DNA of 55,372 nucleotides, the filler included, from Sluysia triapertura (Eukaryota): assembly GCA_046118255.1 (NCBI GenBank). It is 4 parts of 4 records of this genome, joined end to end, with 100 filler letters (N's around TTAATTAATTAA, not from the genome) between each part and the next. Parts side by side here need not be neighbours in the genome. Positions count along the whole stretch, not along the records: positions 37,193 to 55,372 come from JBJNIA010168591.1; 3 more parts are not named here. The stretch is one strand, 5' to 3'. Positions 37,093 to 49,990 of this stretch are shown here, piece by piece; position 1 is the first letter of the stretch, and each line of letters starts with the position of its first letter. The notes below the pieces were generated by a model. It did not search any database. It saw nothing but the letters and a program-made list of their open reading frames with translations, and was not told the origin of the DNA. Made by a program: the position numbers and the translations under genes.

Positions 37093-37192
37093 NNNNNNNN
37101 NNNNNNNNNNNNNNNNNNNNNNNNNNNNNNNNNNNNTTAATTAATTAANNNNNNNNNNNNNNNNNNNNNNNNNNNNNNNNNNNNNNNNNNNN
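37093..37192. other. Artificial contig linker
   Basis: N44-TTAATTAATTAA-N44. Confidence 0.97.
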
Positions 37193-37316
37193 CAAATTTA
37201 TCGTAGCTATATATTAATAGTATTTTTTTAGAAATGAACAAAGTAATAAAAAACAAGCAACTTCTGGTGTTTATCCTATTTTAATTCAATTTCAATCTTC
37301 TGATATATGCGAACGG

Positions 37317-37317
<1 letters not shown>

Positions 37318-37379
<62 letters not shown>
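37318..37379. repeat. (TTA)n microsatellite, about 20 units
   Basis: Read directly. Confidence 0.95.
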
Positions 37380-37860
37380 GATGTTCTTCCAATAGGTAAA
37401 TTAATCTATGCCTTGTCAAAATATTATTATTTATTGAATTTAACTAAAATAATTGTCAGTTATAGGATATAATAACTCATACAAAATAAATATAGCTTCG
37501 GTACGGTTTGAAACAATGTATAATTTGATAAGTATGAAAATTTAATATTTTTCTACTTAAAATGCAAACGTATATTTTTCAATAAATATAACAATTCATT
37601 TTGCGTATTTAAATTAACTGACGTAGTAATGTAACACAGTAGATTGTCTTTCGACATGAATGCTTGTACAGCTGATTCTACGATATCTTGTAAGAGTAAA
37701 ATTAATTTTATTAGTCTTTCTCTACTTTTGAGACAATAATCACAACTATCGAAATAAATGCTTCAATCTGACCACTCTAAATTAAAAGTATTACAAAATG
37801 TATAAAATCTGTTGTACAATTAATATTATCAAGAAAGTCTATTGAATAAGTTATTTATAA

Positions 37861-38134
37861 CACGGTTTCTCAACCGTTGGGTCGCGTTAAATTTTTTATG
37901 TGTCGCAGACTCGTGGCTTAGTATAATATAATATATTATAATAATGTAATATATTATAATATAAATATAAACTACATACAAAAAAATTAATTTATACAAT
38001 CAAAACGCTAATTAGCGCCAATAGTATATATCTTTTTTATTTCTTAGCATTCCTTTATGTAATAAAAAATTGATTCGCAGAACAATCTGAAAAAATTTTA
38101 TTGGGTCGTCGGGCAAAAGGGTCGAGAAATGCTG
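37861..38134. mobile_element. hAT (Charlie/Buster-type) MITE
   Basis: Imperfect TIRs CACGGTTTCTCAACC / GGTCGAGAAATGCTG, GGGTCG subterminal motifs, 8-bp TSD-like flanks ATTTATAA / ATTTAAAC. Confidence 0.75.
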
Positions 38135-38447
38135 ATTTAAACAATATTTTGTTACATTTGATTTTGTCAGTATTCAATAACAAATAAAATTAGTAAATCA
38201 TTTTAGTAGTACACATTTTCAAATAGAAATATCAAATTATGTAAAATTATTGATTTATATTTTGAAAATTGAAAAAATCAATTTATTTATTAATGGTAAT
38301 AATGTTTTCATATTAATGCTCCCTTATTATTTGTTCAACTAATATTTAGACAATTACCTTATAAATTATAACGTAATAGATTAATATATTTAATAATACC
38401 CGCAGGTATAATATGTGACTCGAATTGTTCCATGTATAAAAGAATAA

Positions 38448-38448
<1 letters not shown>

Positions 38449-38510
<62 letters not shown>
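38449..38510. repeat. Head-to-head (AAT)n(ATT)n microsatellite palindrome
   Basis: Read directly; about 31-nt arms with no spacer. Confidence 0.9.
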
Positions 38511-39990
38511 GTTTAAATGTAAAGTAATTATTACATAAAATTATGATATATTAATGTATGTTGTTTTCAGATTACACAAATTATTATATTCACATAGATA
38601 AATATGGTTTATTATATTTTCTTATTGCTAATGTTTTAGTTGGTTTTCTGCGATTATCAAAACTTATAATTACGTATCCAAAATGGTGTTCAATTTTTAT
38701 TATTTATTTTTATTGTTCTTGCATTAATGTTGCCTTATTAATTTTTAGAGTATGCATTTCGAAATTTAAATTTTTTAATAAATGATTTCTTCAATTTTTA
38801 TTTACTTACTAATATTAATAAATAAAATTTGTTAATAATGTAATGTTATAATTATCGTTTTTCCAATTTTATTAGCAATACCAAAATTTATTGTTGACTA
38901 CTTTAGATAAAATCATTAATAATCATTGTATTAACAAAAACCTAATAAAAATAATAAAGTATTAATTTGTATTGCGCGAATATCTGCCCTGTAAATAAAT
39001 ATTATAAATGTAGTGGTCAACATTCATAGTTAAACCCAATCAAAATTAAATTTCACTAAAATGCAATCTTTACAACAATCATATTTTCTTTTACTTCCGA
39101 ATTACACCAATACAAACATCATAGAACAACATTCGATAATCATAACACCTCATTAACTCATATACACCAACAAATCAACTAAAATCCCAACCATTTATAA
39201 CGCAACAAACTTCAACATCCAACTCAAACAATATATAACACTCATCCACGAAATAATTCAATAAACAATTCACAAATCACAAATATAATAGCATTCAAAC
39301 AACGCTAACAACTACTTCAGAAACACAGGCTATTTACATCTAAACCCTTATCAACCACAAAAACTTAAATTCATTTCACATAGACATAAACATCGTAAAC
39401 AAATACTCGCAATAACATTATAATATATATTAAAACTTATTTTGTAATCATCATCCAAAATTAATTTAACTTTAACCTTTCAATAGACATTTGAAGCCAT
39501 CAAAATTAATTCATAAATCTTGTTTCAAACTATAAACCTTTTAATAAGTTTCAACAATTATTTTAGCATCCCTTACTTTCTTACAACCTAAACCATTACA
39601 TTCTTCAAACCAGATTTTGAATAGCTTTAAGGATTTCATTATTATACTGTGAAGCAACAACCACAAATAATACATTATACACTTAGTTGTTGTTGTTCAT
39701 TCACAGTACAACATTCTTCTTATTCCTTTTTATTTCATATGTATAGAAGCAAAAGAATAACAGAAAGTTCATGTTTAAGATTTAAAGATTTATGCGTTTT
39801 TTCTCTTTTAAAAAGTTTTGTAATAATAATAATAACAATAATTTCATTATTTTTATTATTACTAATATTGTTATTATTATTAATTTTATTATCATTACTA
39901 TTGTTATTGTCAGTACTATTATCATTGCCATCGAAGTGCCTGAAATTAAAATAAATTAAATTTAATTAGTGCAGTTCAGACTGGTTACTG

Positions 39991-40050
39991 CCGTCACCAA
40001 CACTGACAACCTATTTACATTTTTCATTAGGCTGTCAGCGTTGATGATGG
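39991..40050 (-). repeat. 23-bp-stem hairpin, family shared with 13290-13350
   Basis: On the minus strand 22 of 23 positions pair (three G-U); 14-nt loop. Confidence 0.7.
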
Positions 40051-40112
40051 TCGGTGATCAGACATAATCCACAATAATCATCATCACTATAAATTACTAG
40101 TACTTTCTTATC

Positions 40113-40165
40113 GCCCAATCAGAGTGAATACAACTTTCAATATACTTAGAATACTCTGATTGGGC
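40113..40165. promoter_or_regulatory. Inverted pair of CCAAT boxes within a perfect 13-bp inverted repeat
   Basis: GCCCAATCAGAGT ... ACTCTGATTGGGC, upstream of ORF 40439; CCAATCAG is the NF-Y consensus. Confidence 0.45.
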
Positions 40166-40438
40166 TGTCTAAAAAAAGAATTTAATATTAGTGGATTAAA
40201 ATTTTTCTTACCAAAAAAAGAAGATCACAATTAAATTTTTCTAGATAATTACAATTTAAAAACTTTAATACTATCAGTCAAAATACCAGACAATTCATAA
40301 TAAACAGTTCAGACAATTCTCAATCAGCAAAAATTGTTCCAGACAAGTTCAATTAAAAAGTAGACAATTAGTAGTGTAATTCTAGATAAGCAATTCGTTT
40401 ATATTTAACATCATTTTAAAATATTTCATCGATTAGTA

Positions 40439-41961
40439 GTGCAAATTCCAGACAAACAATTCCAAGTAATGATGCAAAATAATGAAAATCTAGTAATGAA
40501 ATTATCTAAAGAATTATGTTCGAAATTTCTAAATGAAATACAAGATACGGATAAATTCGTAGATTATGGTATGACTGAACATTCTGATTTAGCGAGTCAA
40601 CTGGACATGCTTCAAGAGGTAGTTCTATTTATTTGTAAAGTAAATGATAAATTTAATGAATTACCTAGTAGTAAGAATTGTCATCAATTAATTCACGAAT
40701 TTAGTAAATGTCTAGACAACCTATTTGATAAATTTTGCTTTTTAGTTTAGGATATAGAGATTTAGACAATCTTAGTCTTTCAAGTAATAATGTAGAAAAC
40801 CCTGTTAGAAATCTCGAAGAAATTAATATTAGAATTTGTGTAAATGATGATATCAAAGGACTAAATTCAATACTTTCAGATAATGTTCATGAATCGAAGA
40901 AGTTTGGTTGCAAATTTTATTCAAGAAAGATAAATACGAATCTTAATAAAATAATTGCCGATCAAGAAATATTCAATATATTAGATGAATGTGGAGCAGA
41001 GTTAAATAGATTAGACGTAACCCTAAAGGAAGAGGTACTACCGAAAATGTTAGATGAAACTGAACGCAATTCTGATAATTCTAAAATTAATTTTAATGAC
41101 GTACATAAAGTGATTGTACTTAAGAGCGAAGATCCAGCAAAAACAAGTATTGATACTAAGAAATTAAATGCAAAAAGAACCAATTTATTTGACAATCTAT
41201 TTACTAACAACATTATTTCAACTGGTCTAAATTTTCCTTGTTATTCTGATGATCACATTGTTGAACTAAGTTTAAGTGACTATGGGACATAAGTTTTTTT
41301 AGTTAAATTGATCATTACCTGGAAAATGAAACGTTCGAGAGCCACATCCGAAAATTCAGACAACTTTATTAATGTTAAAAAAATTGTGTTAATCGTAACT
41401 CAAATACATAATAACATTTTTCATTTTTCCAATTTTTATACAAAGACTTTAACATTAATTAATAAATTTTATATTAAAATTAATGATGAGATGATGATAA
41501 TTAAACATGTTATAATCAATAAACTTAAAGTTCTAAAATTCACGAAGCACCATGTTAATGATTATGCCAGTTACGATGATCTTGATAAAGAACTTAAAAT
41601 CATCTCAATGAGTGTATTGAGTAAGAAAAACACTATACCAAATACTAAAGTGTTAAAATTAAGAATAGAATATTTTATAACGATCAAATTGAAAGTTCGA
41701 ACTAGCACGGACTATTATTTTGATAATTATGTCAGTCACTATGAATTAGAAAAGAAAGTCATGATAATTTCAACGAATAAATTAAATAAGAACTATAACA
41801 CATCAAATGTTAAAGCATTAGAACTTAAACTATATAACTATAAGTTCAATTTTTCTTGCACATTTTCATTCCTTCAATATACTTGTAAAGCTATTTACTG
41901 TATCAAATTCACTAATACGCTCTCAACTTCAATCTACATTATAAACACAAACATGTCTTAA
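40439..41961 (+). pseudogene. Broken intronless ORF series, probably retroelement gag-derived
   Basis: Three abutting ORFs in different frames; N-terminus QFQVMMQNNENLVMKLSKEL; internal 55-aa (165-bp) tandem duplication starting at 41512 and 41677. Confidence 0.35.
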
Positions 41962-42662
41962 TCTTCCATCTGTAAAATCTCAGCATAAATCTTCGTATAT
42001 AAAATCAACAAATAATAACTTAAATTATACAACATTATCATACATAAATTTATGTCAATCCGAATTACCCATAATAAAATCAATTAATGTAATCTTTGTA
42101 AATAATTGTGTATAATAAAATTTTTAAATAATTTTAGTTAATAATAGTTAATGGAAGTTATTGTTTTATATCAATAGAAAATTAATCAATAATTTGAAAA
42201 TTAATGGAAAATTGTTTTAGAATAATTTCGTATTTAAAAAATAATTAATTAAAGTAAATTGTTTGAGGTATTTATCTCTTATCGGAAAATTGTTTTAAAT
42301 AATTAACACAAATTGTTTTTGCAAATTATCACTGTTATTTTGAAATTAAAGAGTATAAAAGGAGAAATCCACAATTAAACTTACAAGAAAATACGAGTAA
42401 AAGCATAATCAGATACATTATAATTTAGAAACGCGCTGTAATTCATATTTGTCAAACTAAAATCATCATCCATTATTATTATTTGAATTCGGAAAATCCA
42501 GAATATCTATTTGCAATTACAGTTTTCCGATAAATACGTAAGGTTATTTCTGTTAAGTTTTTACCACTTTTTCAATGAAAAGGTTAACATAATATTTTTT
42601 ACAGTTATTTTAATGGTAGCTTTAAACTATTATTAAAATTATATTTCGATCTTAGTATCTAT

Positions 42663-42832
42663 CAGGGTCTGCAAACCGGTACTACAGTACCAGTAAATAC
42701 CGGGATTCGAAAATTATGGATGAAATACCGTTTAAGATTTTTTTGACTCTGAAATACATTGTAATTCTTTATGTGTTTCAGATATTAATGAAACTTTTGG
42801 TGAAATAATTTCAAAAGTTAGAAAAATATGCT
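42663..42832 (+). mobile_element. hAT-like element remnant, copy 2
   Basis: Starts CAGGGTCTGCAAACC; collinear with 27756-27935. Confidence 0.5.
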
Positions 42833-42927
42833 AATAATTACGTTACAGTGAAATGGTTCATTAAAGATAATATTAAAGTTAAAAACATTATGATTATAAA
42901 AACTTTTAATATTCAGTAAAATTGTAT

Positions 42928-43896
42928 TTAAATTACCATTAATAAAAAATTTATTAAGGAAAAAATAAAATAATTATTAAGACATTTATTGAATACTACA
43001 TACGTTAATACATCAATCAAAATTATAATTTTTAATTTTATATAATAATAAAGTTTGTTTATGTTTGTAAACGTTATTGTCCATTCGCCGATTTCGAAAC
43101 ACAGTTCTAAAAAGAAAGAAATAGATTCAAAACTTTTACAAAACATTTTATAAATCAAATTATTTACTTTTGAATTTGACATTTTATTGGAGAAGATATT
43201 TCTTGACCTGAGTTCTAAACTTGAAATAAGACTTGTGATGCGATTAAGATTGTCGTAGAAGAACTGTTCATAGTTTGTATCATGTTGTAATTCAGAGATC
43301 TTATGTGTACATTTGCATCCAGCACCATATCTTAAACATTGTCTATCAAGTGACATGTCATATAGACAGATGCCATGTCTGCGATGGCCAATCTGAGTGA
43401 TCTTTTTATGGAAATAGCTAACTTTTCGAGTTAAATACAGATATACGATGACAAATGCTGCTGACATATGCGAAACTGTTGTATCAATATTCATGTCAGT
43501 AAAATATATTAAAGGAACATTACTTGACATAAAATGTACATTGGAAGAATCTAAATTAAGTACTGATACGTATTGATTTGCGTTTGATGGATTAGCAGCT
43601 ATTATTTCGTTCGAATTACATTTAGAATTATTTTGCATTTGTGTCGAAAGTTTATGTATAAGAATTTGGGAAGACATTGTTGAATTAGACAAATCAAAAT
43701 ATTGAAGTGTAGAATTCGACAGACTAGTAACTACAGTAGTTATTGTTGATTTTGTAGATGATTCAATCGAACAACATAATTTCATAGCATTAAGATCAGT
43801 ATTTAATTTTGTTAAAGTATGTACGTCACTGATATTGTGAGCTTGTTTCAAACATTTGCCACTATTACAATCACTTTTCAATATAATCTCAATCAA
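42928..43896 (-). CDS. Hypothetical 322-aa ORF, possibly tail of a decayed gag-derived ORF
   Basis: Long open frame (TTG start), S/T/N-rich; upstream stop-riddled IDDSKARSVFR*SI resembles gypsy gag DD.KRAVFL.SIG. Confidence 0.3.
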   Translation of the reverse strand: MIEIILKSDCNSGKCLKQAHNISDVHTLTKLNTDLNAMKLCCSIESSTKSTITTVVTSLSNSTLQYFDLSNSTMSSQILIHKLSTQMQNNSKCNSNEIIAANPSNANQYVSVLNLDSSNVHFMSSNVPLIYFTDMNIDTTVSHMSAAFVIVYLYLTRKVSYFHKKITQIGHRRHGICLYDMSLDRQCLRYGAGCKCTHKISELQHDTNYEQFFYDNLNRITSLISSLELRSRNIFSNKMSNSKVNNLIYKMFCKSFESISFFLELCFEIGEWTITFTNINKLYYYIKLKIIILIDVLTYVVFNKCLNNYFIFSLINFLLMVI

Positions 43897-44320
43897 ATAT
43901 GCAGAACTAGGTCTATTTTCTACTAAAAATAATAATCTAAATCTGTTATTTGGGTTTTATGTCGACACGAAGGTATGATATACGTTTCAAATTGATCATC
44001 GAAATACGCTCCTGGCTTTACTATCATCAATTGTTTAATCTTGGATGATTCTCGTTAAGGACTTATTTTCAAATGAAATACTAATGCTTTATAATTAAAA
44101 TGAATTGACTTTTCATTTTTACGGTTCATTTTTAATAGTTTGAACATTGATATCTCGAAGTAGAATTTTCTATTCACTGTCTGCTTTAACTTTTTGTTCT
44201 TAATTTGTAACTAAAATAATTCGTTTTTAATCTAATAATTTGTTTTCTTGCCTCATGTTGTTATTGAGGTTTTCTAATTGAGGTATTTTGTTTATTCTGG
44301 ATAAGGAAAAATGTTGTTTG

Positions 44321-44429
44321 ATTGGTTAACCAATGGGATAGAAGAGTAAGATTTTTATTAGCTCATAATTTTTATTTTTAGCTTGCCGATAATTACAGCT
44401 CTACAACGAACTGTCAGGTGATGACAGTT
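44321..44429 (-). promoter_or_regulatory. Palindromic double CCAAT plus TGACAG hairpin
   Basis: ATTGGTTAACCAAT perfect palindrome at 44321-44334; AACTGTCA-GGTGA-TGACAGTT at 44409-44429; upstream of the minus-strand ORF. Confidence 0.4.
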
Positions 44430-44869
44430 GGAAATGAATTGAATAGGAACAGTATTGTTAAATGAGTTAGCAACAACTAGAATAATTAAAATTTTCGTGT
44501 TGTATTAATACTGATAATAATAATAAAAATGTGTATGTATAAACAAATTTTAAAGTTAAAATTTTTGAAGAAATTTCGTGAAATCGTGTCATTGGAAATA
44601 CCTTTGCCAGAAACCAAACAAGAATAAATTTAACTTGTACAATCGAAGATATTTCCTTTTCTACAGAATTTATTGATTTAATATCACGGTCATTAGAAAT
44701 ACTTTTGGAATTTGTCCAATATCATTTTTGATAATATTAATTAATATAATATAATAATAATACTTAATTACCTAATTTCAATAAAATACTAATATTAATA
44801 TTTTAACTTTATTTTCTTAGTTTATTAATTAAGATCTTAAAATCCGATTAGAATTATATTAAAAACATG

Positions 44870-45140
44870 ATTTAGAATAATATAATAAGTTAAAATTATA
44901 TTATATTGAGATTGAATAGAACTAGTATGTAATTAAAAATTAATAACATTATTCTAGATAAAAATTAACTTAAATTAAACAGGATAGAAAGAATAATGTC
45001 ATATCAAAAATTAAAAACATTGTAATCAACAAAAATTATTTTGAAATAAGAATGATTAAAATTATATGTAATCAAAATTTAATAACGTTTTTCTCTATCA
45101 GAAGTAACTTAAGTAAAGATTGGGTAGAACAAATAACTAA
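44870..45140. repeat. Dispersed repeat family B, partial copy
   Basis: Shares TTGAGATTGA.TA.AACT, AATTAAAAATTAATAACATTATTCT and ATTATATGTAATCAAAATTTAA blocks with the other copies. Confidence 0.6.
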
Positions 45141-46329
45141 AATAATATTAACCGCACTTATTATGTTGGACAAAGATCAAATACTATACTAAGCTAGAAG
45201 TAAATTGCGTATATTTCGGACGAAAAACAATAACTATCATATAAAATTTAACTTTGATCAAGTTAAATTGCATACATTATATTAACATCGATAAAAATTC
45301 TACAATACAGTATAAATACTCTGTCATATGAGATAAAGTAGTTTAAATGGATTGAAAGTAATATAGTTTATTGAATTTTATCGAAATCGAATTGAATATT
45401 ACTGAAATTGATTTGAATTATTAATTGAATTGAATATTACAGAAATTGGTTAAACTGATCCAAACAAATTCGACAGAGGAACCGATTGATTAATCTGATC
45501 AAATATTAAAACAATTTTGCATTTATTCAAAAATTTCTGAAGTAGTAAGTGATTTGTATCCGAACATAAAATCTATTAAAACAAAAATTTTAATTAGAAA
45601 AATAAAGGATAAAAGGTTAATTTGCAAGACATTGTGTTAAATAAAGTTTACTGTGTTTTAACTTTATTTTTCTTTAAAGAAATAGAGAAAGTAAAGCCTC
45701 CAAGAGGGGAATATAGATACAAAATTAAATTATAATTAAAAAGTAACACTTTTTGTATATTTAAAATTGAACTCAAACTTTTTGTAAACAGAATAAAAAT
45801 TTTATCCTTTTGAGTAATATGGATAAAGATTGTCGTTCAGACCATCCAAAATAGTACTCAAAGTCGCACTTCCAGATAAGGTATATATAATACTTGCATA
45901 ATATGTTAATAGAGGAAATTTACATTAATAAAAGATTGGGCCTTCAGATATATTTAAGTAGTGATATAAAGTGAAAATATTAAAGAAGCTTAGATTATTA
46001 TCAGAGACTAAGAGTTCATTCAAATTTAATAAAACACAACCTTTTTAATTTTTAAAATAGCATAAAGCTCGTAAAAACGTCAAGCAACCTTAGATGTTGT
46101 ATAAATTTCATCCAATGATTCGCATCTGTTTTTAAATTCAACATCATAATCATGTCTAACTTCTTTGTCTTCGGATAATGATGAAATGGGAATTTAATTT
46201 TGATAGGATCTTGTATAATTAAAAATATATAGTCTGGCGATCATATAGATTTTAAATTCCTTCATTATCCGAAAGGAAATCGATTTCTAATTTTTCGGAT
46301 TAATTAGTATTTTTAATACTAATAATTTG

Positions 46330-47162
46330 CGGTCTTTAAGCATTTGACTTGCATTGCCGTATAAAATTGTTAATTCCAAATAATTCCAAGAATTATTTGG
46401 TGCATAAATAGGATAAAAGGATTTGGTGTTACATAAACATCAGTAGGCAAATAAATTGGCGATAATTTCTTTTGTAGTGAACTCAAAATTGGTACATTAT
46501 AATTGGAAATAAAATCGCAATCAAACAAAGTAATACACTGCCTATTAATAAAATAAAGAAACTTCAACATGTCAAATCATCAAACAATGTTGTTTTACCC
46601 CAATTCGATAGACTCTTTTACTGTTTAGATTTTCTAATAAATTAATGACGACATGCACAATGAATGGTCATTATATGAATTGTTAGAAATAAAGAAGACT
46701 GCTACTAACATTTACCTTCCAATAATTTTCGCATTCTGTGAAGAACGATCTTATTCTAAATATGTTCACGAATGTTACTAAGTGTTTAAAATGTTATAGG
46801 ATGTCAATATCATCAGTGGAAGAATTAGTAAATGACAATCACTGTGATCGTCGAATCAGAGTATTACGAATTTATTTAATTATCAATGCATGATTTATGC
46901 AGTTTCATCGTAAGCTCCTGTTCTGAACAACCCAGAGTCAAGACAGACTTAGAGAAACGTGGTAATCAATGGATATCAGCTTATAAATTCTACGATATGT
47001 GCAATATTACTCTGACTGGCATATGCAGTAACAATTGAACATCTGTTGTTAGAAGTTTATTTTAAATGTCACATGTTCAATATGTTAATCTTGTTGCTTC
47101 TTTATTTCGTCATCGAATTGCGTTTTAAATTGATACGGAATAGTTTTTACAGCATTAAACCG
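46330..47162 (-). mobile_element. Highly decayed Ty3/gypsy pol remnant
   Basis: RFNAVKTIPYQFKTQFDDEIKKQ resembles the RT N-terminal F..AR.VPY..K..V..E motif; later WGK...FDDL and ILYGN fragments follow in pol order; no intact YxDD found. Confidence 0.35.
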
Positions 47163-48619
47163 ACATTGAAATTAACAAAAATTTAAAATTTAATAAAAAC
47201 GTATATGATACAAATAAATTAAAAGAAGTGAAAAAATACCATGACTATAGATTTGGTGAAACAAAAAATAAAAGTGATAAAATAAGAATAGTTATCCAAG
47301 GCTAATAAATCTGAAGATAAGGTCAAAATTTTATCTGAAGGCAAAATAACCCCTGTCTTTTCTTTAAAAACCTAATTGAACGTTTAAATGGATATATTGG
47401 GTTCACTTATGTTCCACGATTTAAGCTTAAGATTTTCTGTGTGGCTCGAGGGTCTAAATACTTATTCTTTTACAATAATTGGACTTATCCTGTTAATATT
47501 TTCTCAGTCTTATGATATAATTTGGTTTCAAAAATTATTCACTTTATCAACCTGTTCATATTTCTATAATTACCTTAACTCTTTATCGTTTAAATTAATG
47601 ATTATGACTACTTATTACATTTCTCCTTTATTTATTAACTTATTTTTTATTTTATTTTAAACTCCACAACAGCAATAACTATTTATTCTATTTTGAATTC
47701 TTTAACGATCTTTTATCTGAATTCTTTATATGTTAATTCTAATTAATAATAAATTTCTCATTAACTTATTTATACCTTTAACTCGTTATCAAACAAGGAA
47801 TACAAATTATAAATGTATAAATTAAATGTAATATCGATTCAAAACGTGATTAAATGGAGAATTATTCCTAAATACGTCCTTTTATGTTTTACAAAAACAT
47901 TCGTAAGTTTACACAATTTAATTTAATTATTTATATTCTATTTTAGATAACATTTCGAATCATAGTAAGTACTATTATTTTTAGGTAACAGTGAAAAATA
48001 ATAGTGAGAGAAAACATCATGTAATTATTTTATTATTTCGTTTTACTATTATTATTTTGTAGGTTTCATCATTACCTGGTGCCTGACAAACTGAAAAGTT
48101 CTTTATTAAGCGGTCCTTTATACCTTTATATATTTGACTTATTCCACATCAATTTCAGGGTTGTTTTACATTTGTTTATTATATACTATCATCGGTAATG
48201 TTTTCATTTCTGCCTTTTAAGTTTCATTATTATCATATTCTTCACCTTTCATTTCTCAACTAAAATATCCGATATACTATCATTTATTTTTTCATTTAAA
48301 TTATCATTTACAGCCATATTTTCAACTATGTTATTTTTAATCTTCATTTTCTTTATTGCTTGTAAAGAAAATTATTAAATTATTTGATATTAAGAGTTTA
48401 TCTTGATTATACCAAATCAATGAATGAATAATAATGCAAAAGAAAAATACAAAAACATTAAAAAATAAAAATAACATTAAAAATAATAACAGCAATAAAT
48501 ACATCAAAACGAAAAAAATATTTTTATTTTATGAAAAGATGAATATGTAACATAATATTCATCTATTTTTCAAACTTAAATTTATTTCTTAAAATAAAAT
48601 TAAAATCATTATCATTAAG

Positions 48620-49990
48620 ATTATAATGCTTTATATTAATTTAAAATGAGATTTAATAGAGTTAATATAAATTCGAAGTTTAATAACAAATAGTAATTAA
48701 TTTTAAATTGAAATTAAATAAATAATCATTTTAATACGTAAGCTAAAATTATACTAAACTGAGATTGAATAAAACTTGTATGTAATAAAAATTAGTGACA
48801 TTAACTTAAATTGAATATTGGGTAGAACAGGGAGAATAATGTAATATCTAATTTAGAGGCATTATAATCGATAAAGATCATCCTAAAATAAGAATAATTA
48901 TAAATTATATGTAATCAAAATTTAACAAATCATTCGAACTGAGGGCAATATTTGTTATATACTGTACACATTGTATTACAATTACATTATTATTAAAACT
49001 ATATACATTATTAGAACTAAATTATTATTATTTAAAAATTATACACATTGTATTTATTACTTGTAGTATTTAGTATATGCATTGTATGATATCAAAATTA
49101 ATGTAAAATTATGACTACTAATATTGATAGAAATTGCTACCACTAAAAAACTATTGACAAAACTATTATTGCAAAAAGAAAATTAAATTATAAAAGACAA
49201 AAAATTCTATTAATAGTCGCAGAAAATTACAAACACAACAAAAATTGTTTTATACAAGAGAACATTGGTTGACATTCATACAAAGATACTTATATTCATA
49301 AAATATTTGGCATAAGCTTGATCTATTAATACCAGGACATTCGCATTTACAAAATATTTGGGAACAGATTTGATCAATTAATTATTAAAAACGAGGACCT
49401 TGCATTCAAAAGTAAGTAACAATTACTGTAATCTCAGTTCGAAATTTGGATTCCTTATTCATATTAGTAGTCTTAAAATAATAAAATAATAAATAAAATA
49501 ATCCGATTTACGTCATCGTTTTAGTTGTTATTTAATAAATTTTTCATTGAGTTCAATTTACTTTCCTATTTGTAATTAAACTTAAAGAATCGAGAATAGA
49601 GTCCCCGACAGGAATAAAATTATAGTAACAAAATGGGTTAATATCGATAGTTGTTCTAAAACTGAGATTTATTAATAAAATAGGATTTTATTTTGTTGTC
49701 TTACCGAACGTCGAAATCAAAACTTACCTTCGCACTTCCATTTCAGATCATCGAAACGAGTATCCGACCTCACACTTCTAGATATAATTAGTCTAAAGCA
49801 TAAAGATTATTTGTAGATTGAGACGATAAAGAGTCTATACGATATAAAGTACAATAACTATCAAGAGCATTCAAGTTGTTATCGAAGAATAATAATAAGT
49901 AAAAACATTTAAATTAGCATCGCAAACCAAACGTTCGTGTTAGCTAAAGTTAGGAAATCATTCAGAAATATTAAAAGTATAATAACATTG
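48620..49990. repeat. Dispersed repeat family B, copy 2
   Basis: Collinear blocks with 31700-32990. Confidence 0.7.

Noticed and set aside
39649-39954. Hydrophobic ORF as a membrane protein; likewise 7800-8084, 21179-21433 and 22574-22774
   Set aside because: Leu/Ile/Phe runs arise from TTA/ATT low-complexity DNA or are antisense shadows of other frames.
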